A stretch of DNA of 63,112 nucleotides, counting the filler, from Perkinsus chesapeaki ATCC PRA-425 (taxonomy: Eukaryota > Protista > Perkinsozoa), in assembly GCA_013115145.1 (NCBI GenBank). It is 7 parts of 7 records of this genome, joined end to end, with 100 filler letters (N's around TTAATTAATTAA, not from the genome) between each part and the next. Parts side by side here need not be neighbours in the genome. Positions count along the whole stretch, not along the records: positions 20,009 to 28,559 come from JAAPAO010000966.1; positions 28,660 to 48,638 come from JAAPAO010000627.1; 5 more parts are not named here. The stretch is one strand, 5' to 3'. The notes beneath the pieces are model-generated. The model worked only from the letters and a program-made list of their open reading frames with translations, had not been told where the DNA came from and did no database searches. This document shows, one piece after another, positions 26,041-36,888 of the stretch (position 1 is its first letter; the number at the start of each line of letters is the position of its first letter). The translations under genes and the position numbers were made by a program.

Positions 26041-26190
26041 AAGAAGGCTCGTTGTTTTTGATGGTGTGTGTTGGTGCTGCTGCTGTTTTAATAATAATAC
26101 TAATCAGCAGCACCAGCTGCCATTACTCGTTTTTATAAAAATATTGGTGTGGTGTTTTATAGTAGTATTATTATTAATAATAGGGTCATA

Positions 26191-27546
26191 ATGGTAATAA
26201 TATCATCATCATTATATGATAATAATAATACATTAACTGATGATAGTAATAATAATACACTAACTGATGATGATAATGATGTATATTATTCATGTATAAC
26301 TACTCATCATAATAATAAACAACCATATCCGGTGATAATACCGCAACATAAGGGAGATACTAATAGTGATATAAATGATAATGATAATGATGATGTTATA
26401 ATAAATAATGGGGTAAATAATGGGGTAAATGATGGGGTAAATAATGGGATAAATAATGGGATAAATAATGGGATAAATAATGGGGTAAATAATGGGGTAA
26501 ATGATGGGGTAAATGATGGGGTAAATGATGGGGTAAATGATGGGGTAAATGATGGGGTAAATGATGGGGTAAATAATGATGATAATTGTGTATTTGTAAC
26601 ATGTGAATCTTCGTCTAGTTTACGTGATGAAACATCAGTAATATTAAATGATAATAATAAAAGGTATAGTAATAAAGAAGACATATTAATTAATGATGGA
26701 ATACACATGCATACAGAGGTTTCATTCACACCACCATTACCGTATATACCATATAATAATAAAGTACTATCATCGTACTTAATTAATAATAATAAAGTAA
26801 TAATAGTATTATCTTTAGTATACTTGTAAGTTGTTGTTACAATTATTAGTTACGTTTTACCGTAGAAGAGTGGTTAAATGATCCATTTATTATTTATCGT
26901 TGTCATTATGATAATAATAATAATATAAAATGGTATAAAGATCCATTTAATAAATGGAGAAGAAGTGATAATCATCATCTTTCCACCGGTGATACTGGTT
27001 GTGATGATAATATATTATTATGGTATAAAGATATAACATGGATCAATGTAATCAAATGATTTATTATACCATATACACTGCGCACAAACAAAACTTTATC
27101 AAGTTGCGTTATTTTAGGATTTAGGAACAATTAAGGTATGCTAATCAATGAATACCTCGGGTATAAGTTCCCTATGCATAACAAGTATACCATGTCATTT
27201 ATTAATGAAAGGATCAGCTTTGCGCACATTTTTAAGATGTGATTGCTAAGAATATGTTGCGCAGATTTTGAACGACTTCCTTGTTTCTCAATACTGACAA
27301 GAAGTTTGGCTTCGAAACTTCGATGGTATACTTGTTATGCATAGGTAACTTATACCCGAGGTATTCATTGATTAGCATACCTTAGTTGTTCCTAAATCCT
27401 AAAATAACGCAACTTGATAAAGTTTTGTTTGTGCGCAGTGTAATGGATCATCATCATCATCATAGGATCCATTTTACCCGCATTGGTTACCTATAATAAT
27501 AAGAAGGGTTAACTACAGTAATGAATCGATATGGCGGCAAAAATAA
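26191..27546 (+). CDS. Hypothetical protein with (N/D)G(V/I)N tetrapeptide repeats and Trp-rich C-terminal region; MITE in last intron (27048-27465)
   Basis: Exons splice in frame (...WYKDITWIN|DPFYPHWLP...WRQK*); start uncertain. Confidence 0.6.
26405..26577 (+). repeat. 12-bp coding tandem repeat (aatgatggggta / aataatgggata)
   Basis: About 14 copies encoding NDGV/NNGI. Confidence 0.92.
27076..27440. mobile_element. 365-bp MITE with 118-bp TIRs and TA target duplication (Tc1/mariner-type)
   Basis: TA|CACTGCGCACAAAC...GTTTGTGCGCAGTG|TA; TIRs 27076-27193 and 27323-27440 with 2 mismatches. Confidence 0.95.
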
Positions 27547-27758
27547 TATCAATTAGTTAATAATATCTGATAAATAATAATATCTAGTATTATTATCATG
27601 CAGAATAGTACTACTATTATTATTAATTGTTGTAACAATTGTATTGTTAATAATATTATTATTATTGAGTTCTTGTTCTTGTTCTTGTGACGTATTGATG
27701 TAATTAATAATATTGTAATAATATAATAGTTGTTGTTATTATTATTATTATTTTAATA

Positions 27759-28338
27759 ATGTCGTCGTCATCGTCCACTGATAACAATAATAATGATGAT
27801 GATAGTAGTAGTAGTATTAGTAATAGTAAATGGTGGTTTATAGATAGTAAAGCTAGGAACCATTTAAGAGGACCATATACAGTATCACAGATGGGTGTAC
27901 TATTTGATGTTGGTACATTAATGGATACAACACAGGTATAGACTAATGCTGCTGCTGCTGCTGATGCTGCTGCTGATGCTGCTGCTGCTGCTGATGCTGC
28001 TGCTGCTGACGGTTGTTAATAGGTATGGAAAGCACCTGATGGTGGTGAATGGAGATCATTTAAACAAGCAAATGATTTAATAAAAGATATGGAGGATATT
28101 CCAATTACAATAACAACAACGACGACGACGACGACAGCAGAAGTAGATGGTGATAATAATAATAAACGGTTACCATTGGATAAAGTAATTTATTAATATT
28201 ATTATAATAATGATATTTATAATAAAATATTAATAATAGATACCATCAAATGAGATTAGACAATGTAAATCGTGTATAACTGCACAAAGGGACGGTGGTT
28301 ATTGTGATTTGACATACTTCTGGGATAGACCAAATAAA
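27759..28338 (+). CDS. GYF_2 (DUF4339)-type domain protein, 5' exons only (cut by contig end)
   Basis: KWWFIDSKARNHLRGPYTVSQMGVLFDVGTLMDTTQ|VWKAPDGGEWRSFKQANDL fits W.Y...GP.S...L..L...G.I...T.VW..G...W. Confidence 0.75.
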
Positions 28339-28485
28339 GTAATACTATGCTGGTGATAGTAGTATTATTATAAGGAGTAGTAGTATAAGGAGCAGTAGTA
28401 GTATAAGGAGTAGTATTATAATGAGTAGTATTATTATAAGGAGCAGCAGTAGTAGTAGTATTATTATTATTATTATTATTATAAG

Positions 28486-28489
<4 letters not shown>

Positions 28490-28559
<70 letters not shown>
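28490..28559. repeat. (AGT)n microsatellite at contig end
   Basis: Direct reading. Confidence 0.95.
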
Positions 28560-28659
28560 NNNNNNNNNNNNNNNNNNNNNNNNNNNNNNNNNNNNNNNNN
28601 NNNTTAATTAATTAANNNNNNNNNNNNNNNNNNNNNNNNNNNNNNNNNNNNNNNNNNNN

Positions 28660-29868
28660 TAGTATCAACTAAGCCTACCTTACACCTTACATCTTACGAA
28701 GACTTGAGTTCTCACACAGAGCAACAAGAACAGCCTCTAATGTGGATAATAAGTTGAGTTAATATGGGGTCTTTAGTTGTTGTTGTTTATTATTATGAAA
28801 TCATCGACATTATGTTATTCATTAACACCTTGTTATAATAATGCTGAAGGTGCTGTTATGTTAGAAGATAGTATTGAATTTTATCCAACGCCAAGAGTAA
28901 TAATAAATAATATATATTATTAATATAGTATTAATAGACACCATCATCATTATATACAAACAATAATAATAAATTATCAATATTAAATAATTGTATAAAT
29001 AATACAACATTTGAGCTTAAAGCATTTAGTGTAAGAGCAACTACTGGTTATCCACCATTAAAGGATAAAAGAAACAAGAAAAGTAGATTACCTAGTCCAA
29101 TGGTAATAATAATATCTTAACCATTTCCAATAGTAATAGGTACAAAGTAATTGTCCAGTAATACATGTTGAATTATGTATTGATGATAATATAACAGAAT
29201 CGGGTAGAAGTCTTATGACTAGATGTATCGGTGAAGGTCCCGATATTATAACAGCATCATCATCAGCGCTTAGCAAAGAGTATTAATAATTATTATATAA
29301 TAATATATCTTCATCAGATACTTTTATAATGAATATGCTATTAATATTATAAGATTAGAGCAACATTCATCTTCTAGTGGATATAGTATATCATCATCCG
29401 ACCATGACTACGACTACCATGACAATGATGACCGCACTCCACCTTATAGTAGAACAGTACATAAAGCTGTTATTGTATTGGTGATAATAATATATTAAGG
29501 GTTGGTGGGGGTGTTGTTATAATACTTATTAGGGTGTTCGAGGATATAATACTATTGTTACTGGCTATGGTAGAACATCATCACAGAGTAAAACTGTTGG
29601 TATATTAAGAGCACTATGTGATGGTGTTAAACAATTAATAATGATAACTAAACCCAACAATAATAATAGATCAATAAATGTAATTATTATATAGGATTTA
29701 ATTATTACTAAGTATTATTATCAGATATTCAATAATAAATCATTATCAACTAGAGTTGCCACATCAACAACAACATTAACACAAAGTATAGATCATATCC
29801 AAGATAATCATGATGATAAACTGCCGTTATTTAAGAAATTAATTAATTTAATAAGATGTAGCGTCTAA
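28660..29868 (+). CDS. 3' exons of a hypothetical protein (5'-truncated)
   Basis: Plus-strand coding-like segments separated by GT-AG micro-introns; DITIVTGYGR is weakly Smr-like. Confidence 0.4.
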
Positions 29869-30027
29869 TCACCAATGGTGATTATTATATATTCTTATAT
29901 ATAAATAATCCCATATAGGGATGATCTTCATAATACATCTTGTTGTGTTTCATACTTTTGGAGGGCATCAGGCAGCATCAGTATCAACATCAGGCTTACT
30001 TGCTGCTTTAGATAATCCTTAATAATA

Positions 30028-30597
30028 ATGTCTGCTACTACCAATCCAATTGTATATTTTGATATAACTATTGGTGGTGTACCAAATGGGCGTATAACAT
30101 TTGAATTATTTGCTGATGTTGTACCTAAAACTGCTGAGAATTTTAGATGTCTATGTACTGGTGAAAAAGGTATTGGTAAAAGTGGTAAAGCATTATGTTA
30201 TAAAGGGTCATCATTTCATAGAATAATAAAAGAGTTTATGTGTCAAGGTGGTGATTTTACTGCTGGTAATGGTACTGGTGGTGAATCTATATATGGTGGT
30301 AAATTTAATGATGAAAGCTTTAAGATACACCACAGTGGCCCGGGCGATTTGTCAATGGCTAATGCTGGACGAAATACTAATGGTAGTCAGTTCTTTATAA
30401 CAACTATAAAGTGTAGTTGGTTGGATGGTAAACATGTTGTATTCGGTAAAGTAAGTAGTATTAAATAATAATAATTCATATTGTATTATTAGGTTAAAGA
30501 TGGTATGGATGTAGTTAAGAAAATGGAGTCAGTTGGATCATCATCAGGGAAAACATCTAAACCAGTTGTTATTGCTGATTGTGGTCAGTTAGCTTAA
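30028..30597 (+). CDS. PPIA: Cyclophilin A-type peptidyl-prolyl isomerase, 2 exons (30028-30450, 30493-30597)
   Basis: [58 protein letters not shown]|VKDGMDVV. Confidence 0.98.
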
Positions 30598-30680
30598 TCC
30601 ACCTCGATGGTGCCGCTGTTTCAATTGTTGTTATTTAATAATATTGTTGTGTATTATAATAATAGTATAACACAGATATA

Positions 30681-31561
30681 ATGATATCAATATTTATTAA
30701 TAGCAATAATACACCATCAACTGGACGAGGAGGGGCGTGTATATTATTCAAAAATCCAGTTAAAAAGCTTAGTGGTAGTAATAATATATATAATAATATA
30801 TAATATATTGAAATAGGTACATTAGTTATATTAAATATATTATTATTTATATTTATAATAATAGGTGTAATACTAGGCCAGATAAAAGCTGAAAGCTGTG
30901 AAGAAGCATTATCAGCATATTTAACTATATTAGGCCTCTTCGCTTTGATTCAGTCATTCATATTTCTGTAATATATTAATAATAATATATGCTTATATGC
31001 AGTTTATATAGTTATATTGGTATTAATGAATATGGTACCGATATTATGTGGTTAATAATATTATTAATATTATTTATAAGTAGTATGATACAGTTTATTA
31101 TATTATCTTGGGGTGCATTAATTATATCTAAAAATATAGGATTATTAGGAGTATATCAATGTATTAAATGTGCTAATCCATTAGTAATAATAATATTATT
31201 ATAAACAAAATCTAAGTATTAGACTAATGAGCCTAGAGAAGGTTATAAATGTATACCTAATGATAATTGTATGACATGGATCAGGACAACATCTGTAAGT
31301 ATTAGTAGGTTGTGATAGTGTTGTTATTATTATAATTATTATCAGTATTGTCCACCATTTGAAGAGAGTACAATAGTATGTGAATTAGACTTATTATGTT
31401 CTAAAATATCACCGTATTTGTTCTGGTTTTCAACTATTATAACATTATTATATATGCCTTTAATGGCTACTACTGCTTATATATTATTTGGTACATTAAT
31501 ACCATCATTAATAATACAATATAAACATCATATAGAACAACAACAACAACAACAACATTAA
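30681..31561 (+). CDS. Hypothetical multi-pass membrane protein with Cys-rich loop, multi-exon
   Basis: Hydrophobic exons (AYLTILGLFALIQSFIF; IMWLIILLILFISSMIQFIILSWGALII; YLFWFSTIITLLY) and a Cys-rich segment. Confidence 0.55.
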
Positions 31562-31641
31562 CAAAGATAAGATGATATCTATTATCGGGTATACGTTATG
31601 TTATAATATTAGCATCATTATTATTAGTTATTGTTATTATT

Positions 31642-32942
31642 ATGGCACAATCAGTAGGCAGCTTAGGTGTATTAACATCTGAATCTGAGAATGTATTCTT
31701 ATCAAATGGATTATCAATAGGTATACGAAAGGATGGCAGGGTAGTAATAATAATAATGAATAGTAGTTATTGTTATTATTATAGGACTCTCATGATAGAA
31801 GGCCAATAAATATAAGATGTAATACGATAATTGGAGCTAATGCTAGTGCTACGTTAAAGGGTTGTGATAATACTACTAGTATTATAGTTGGGATAAAAGT
31901 AATAATATATCGAATAAATATAATAATTATTATTATTAGGCTGATATAACAATATATAATAATAACAAGAAGAATGAATTAATACAGCTAAGTATTGAAT
32001 GTATTCCAGATGAAGCGAAAGGTAGTAATAATAATATTGTTATTATATATATAATATGTATTAGAAGAAACATTACAATTAAAAAGGGCATTAGAAGTAT
32101 TAATAATTAATCAATTACCAGAAGAATGTCTAATAATAGATAATATAGATGAATCATCATCATTTGCTTGGTAGTACTGTGTTATTATTACTATGCTTGT
32201 GATTATGTTGATTATGATGTGTATTCAGGTGTATATCAATAGATATACTTATTAATGGTGTAATATATCCATCAATAATAGAAGAAACATCTTTAGCAAT
32301 TATAGCTGCATTTAATAGGTAATAATAATGTTGGTAGTAGTAGTATGAAGAATATTAATAATGAATAATTTAGTTTATCCTTACCAAGAATATCTATAGT
32401 ACCACCATTAGAGGAAGGGGAGAAATCAAGTATTGATATAATTGATGATAATGGTAGTAGTAATAATAATAATTATGTTATGTGATGATTGGATATGTTG
32501 TTATTCTTATAGGTTATGATATAAGTATATTAAAAGATTCAATACCAGTATGTGTAGTTAGCGGTATTAATGGTACGAGAATGATAGTAGATATAACAAA
32601 TGATGAGGGTTTATGTTGTAAAGGTAATAATAGTAATAATAATAATTAATAATAATATGAAGTGAATTAAGGGTAATGATTAGGTATATTAGCAGTTGGA
32701 GTTAATAATAAAGGATGTGTTATTAGTTTATGGAAGTGGCAAAGAAGAACTAATGATTTAGATGAAGAGAGAGAAGTATCATCATCATCATCAATGGATC
32801 CACATGTAGATATTATATTAATATCTATTGTTATTATTATTATTAGTTATTACCTGAAATATTAATACGTTCTCAAGATGAGGCTAATAATCTATTCAAA
32901 GCTCTCAATGAGGTATCTAGCAGAGTATCATCATCATCATAG
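31642..32942 (+). CDS. RRP42: Exosome complex RNase PH-like subunit, most similar to Rrp42/EXOSC7, multi-exon
   Basis: SESENVFLSNGLSIGIRKDGR, ANASATL, IPVCVVSGINGTRMIVDITNDEGLCCK, LAVGVNNKGCVISLWK. Confidence 0.75.
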
Positions 32943-33090
32943 ATACTCACTACCATCAATAACAGCGCCATCATCGTCATCACTTAACGTCATCATCATC
33001 ATCTTGGTTTCCATGACTATTACTGTTGTATTATTCTGTAGTATCAGTTATCATTATAATTAATTACAGTATTAATTGATTAGCATTACA

Positions 33091-36000
33091 ATGGTCCCTC
33101 CTCCTCCCCCTACTTCAACAAGACGATCTAAACGATTATCAAATAAGGATGAGGATGAGGATGATGATGATGTAGTAGTAGATAGTAAAGAAGTTAGTAT
33201 GACAATAGATGATAGTAATAAATTAAGAGATAAGCTGGGATTAAGGAAACTGGATATAAATAATGATAATAATGTAATAATAGGGTAATAATAGGTAATA
33301 TATAATTATTAGGCACCTGAGGGTAGCTCTGAGAAGCCTAAGTTATTATATGATATGAATAATGAAGATGATTATAATGCTAAGGATGCTATTAGAAAAA
33401 GAAGGGATAAGAGGGTATTAAATAGATATTATATAGTCCATTAATACATAGCAGTTGCTACTGCTGATGCTGATGCTGGTGTTGTATCAGATACATGATA
33501 CACTTATAAGTGGTGAAACATTAGGTCATAATAAAGAAGGAAATAGTAGTAGTACAGTATCTGAATGGATTCAAAAAAGTATTAATAATAATTATAATTA
33601 ATAGTAATTTATAGTAAATTAGGTAGAAAGGAGCAAGATGGGGTTAATGATAATAGAGAGAGGGAAGAGGAGGAGCAGCAGGCACTGGCAAAGAAGTCAC
33701 GTAAAAGGAAACTAGATGATAATATTAAAATGAAAGTTGCACATAATGTTGAGGATTTAAAGGAAGGTGATTATGGTGGTGTCGAGAGGCAGGGGGCAGA
33801 GGGGAGGGGGGAGAGGGGTATTATAGGATTTAGTAATTCCCAACCAATAGGTGATACAATATTAACAATGAAAGATAAACCTATATTAGCGTGTGGCACA
33901 GATGATGAAGATGATGACATAGTAAGAACTTAGTAATGATGATAGTTATGGTGGTGATGGGATTATTAATAGGTGTTGGAAGAGGTAGGGGGAGCACATT
34001 CATTGGCACAAAAAGATAAAGAAGATTTATGGAAGAAAGAAAAAGAAAGAAGTAATAATAATATATAGTAATAATTGGTATAATGATATTAATAATAATA
34101 GAATCATGGGATCCAGCGGCTCATTGGGATAATGATGATAATGATGGTATATTGGACAAGTAATAATTGTGAGTAATATAATAATATTGTTAATACATAT
34201 AATAGATATACAACAATTGAAGATAGAGCTAAAGCAGATGCGAGAAGGAGAGGGTTTACTATAGCAGTTAGAGGAGACGATGATACTGGGGAACAGACAT
34301 TACAAGCCGAACTGACAGAAGATGTCGAAGCTAGGTTAAAACAGATTACAGAAGATAATAAAAGAAGATCAATGATGCAATCAAGTAGTAATAATAATAG
34401 TAATAATAATGATATTAATATTAGTTACAACTGTTGGTGGTGGTTGGGATACTGGTGGTTTACATATACAATCAGATGTTATGGATAGTAAAGATGCTAC
34501 TAAGTTTATTAGAAGAAGAAATAAGGAGGTAATATAAGAGTAATTGGGTTATTATTATAGTAGTAGTATTGATGATTATTATTATAACTAATAGGCAAGA
34601 AAGGCTATGAGAAGGTTACATAAACATAATACAGAAAAGGAGAATGATGATGATGGTGGTAGCGGTGATATAGTCATACCTCCACCTAAGAGAACACTTA
34701 ATGAAGATGAAGATGATCTACAAGATGGTGAAGAAGATCAAGAACTTTATAGGCAACTTGAACGTCAAAAACTGGTCGAAGAAAAGGTAGTATTAAAGAA
34801 GGGTGATGATGGTGATGGTGGCGGTTACAGGGTTAGGCATTATCTTTTATCCGATCCATAATACACAATAGTTAGCTTATCTTGGTAGTGTTGTTGTTAC
34901 TATCAGATTAAAGCGAGATCATTGGTTAAAGAAGAGCCTTTAGATGACACTAATAATAATGATGGCGGTAATAATATTATTATTATTATTTATTATTATT
35001 ATTATTTATTATTATTTATTATTATTTATTATTATTATTAGCATCATCATCAAGTAATATAATAGACTTAGATAATGGTGCTTCATATTTACACACACAT
35101 TTGATTGATGAAGACAAGGTAATATAGCAATACCAAGTATTGAATATTAATAGTATTAATAATAGATTAAAGATGAAACAACAATGGGAGACAACGATGG
35201 TGGTGGTAGTTACGATGATGATCATCCTAGTGGTGATGGTGGTGGTAAATTGATGAGTAGGGCATCGGAGTTCTGTGCATCAATTCAAACAGCAGTGGAG
35301 TTAAAGAAAGCACAAAAGGATGAAGAATATGGGGCTAGAAAAGCATATAGAGAATCAAGAAGGAGAATGTTAAAAGGGGCTACTAGAAACAGGGGAAATA
35401 CTGGTGATATAAAGTAATAAAGGCGGGGGAAATAATAATGATAACTATTAAATACAAGTTGTTGAAGAAAATGCTATTATTAGTGATAATAAGGAGGATA
35501 ATGTAGAAGAAGATCGGGAAAGTGATAATATTGATGATGATATGATGTCAGCATCATATCATAATCATGACGAAGAAGAGGAAGAAGAAGAGGAGGTAGT
35601 ATTTTTAGTATTATTACTAGGCCTTCGTGACGAAGTGGCGGAGCTCGCCCATCTGTTAGTTTGCTCATTGTTAGTTCGCCATCGCTCCCCTAGTGCTTTG
35701 GAGATGCGAGTGAGTGATCAAATCGCGCGGAAACGATTTAGAGAAGAAGTCGTGGGTTCGAACCCCACAGGCTGCATTTTTCCGTCAGAAAATGCTTTTG
35801 CGCTTTCACTCGACACACGGGGTAGCTTTCCAAAAATTACAAATTTTCTAGGCATCCCCAGATGAAGGGGAGTCTTTTCGCCTATAGATCATCAGCTAGT
35901 TTGCTCTGGTCAACGAGAAATTATTCGCACGCACGCACGCACGCACGGCGAAATGACCCATTTCCAGATAATAAGCTCCGCTCGCTTCGCTCGCTCCGCA

Positions 36001-36680
36001 ATTAGTGATACGTGGTGGTGGTGGTGTTGTACCTGTTATTATTATTAGTTTAATGCTAGAAATGAGGCAATGAAAGATGATAAAGTAGATGATGGTGCGG
36101 CCTGTGCTATAAAATACTTTGCCGAAAGAGGCATGATGTCATCGGGTGATCAAGATTCATTTAACTCATAGTAATAATAATAATAATGACAATAATAATA
36201 TTGGTATCAGTGATCCGGGTAAACGTCCAATGACAAGTGGAGAGGATGAGTTAAGGATAGATCATAGAGATGAATTTGGCAGAGTACAAAGTGCTAAAGA
36301 GGCCTTCAGGTAGTAGTATTAGTATTATTTATAATGATTATGGTTATGGTTATGGTTTAGGACTATGTCATGGAGATTTCATGGTAAAGGGCCACATTGG
36401 AAGAATGTTGAAAGAAGAGTTAATAGGATTCAAAATGATGTTAAAAGAAGACAAGAAGTAATATTAATAATTATATTATTATAATAATAATGGTGCTGGT
36501 TGTTGTTGTTGTTATAGACATCACAAGTGGCACCAACACTAAGAGCACTCGAGAGAGTGCAGAAGAAAGAAGGGAACTCGTAATAATGATAATAATATTA
36601 ATAATTAGTATTTATTACTATTCAGATATATGCTTTTGACTGGTAATACAGCTGGCAATAGCAATCAAAGAAGAGGTTGA
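33091..36680 (+). CDS. SART1: U4/U6.U5 tri-snRNP protein SART1/Snu66, multi-exon; Helitron-like insert in intron 35596-36048
   Basis: HIND motif SMTIDDSNKLRDKLGLRKL, TILTMKDKPIL, ASEFC, DHRDEFGRVQSAKEAFR|TMSWRFHGKGP. Confidence 0.93.
35617..36008 (-). mobile_element. 392-bp non-autonomous Helitron-like element
   Basis: Minus strand: A|TC-ACTAATTGCGGAGCGAGCGAAGCGAGC ... GCCACTTCGTCACGAAGGC-CTAG|T, i.e. 5' TC, subterminal hairpin, 3' CTAG, A|T target, no TSD. Removing it leaves a 61-nt intron. Confidence 0.75.
35749..35781 (+). tRNA. tRNA 3' half only (T-arm, acceptor 3' strand, discriminator) followed by T5; not a complete tRNA gene
   Basis: GTGGG-TTCGAAC-CCCAC T-arm, then AGGCTGC-A and TTTTT; no matching 5' acceptor strand (GCAGCCT) seen nearby. 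Confidence 0.6.
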
Positions 36681-36888
36681 TTAACGTTACATGGTCTGCT
36701 GGTGTATTATTATTATCAATATGATGATGTTATCATCCATCAGTAATAATGATATTATCATCATCATCATCATCTTAATGTTTATTACTATTATTATTAC
36801 TGCCTTTCCACTATAATCATTATTGTTAATGTTGTTGTTAATTATATAATTGGTTAATAACCTTGTAACCAGTTTACCAAGTTTAATA

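Noticed and set aside
29165-29215. CIDDNITESGRSL as a PRPP-binding motif
   Set aside because: Only superficially like VDD.I.TG.T, and no other phosphoribosyltransferase features are present.
35542-35865. 107-aa ORF inside SART1
   Set aside because: Read-through from an exon into the intron and the Helitron-like insert; no protein-like content.
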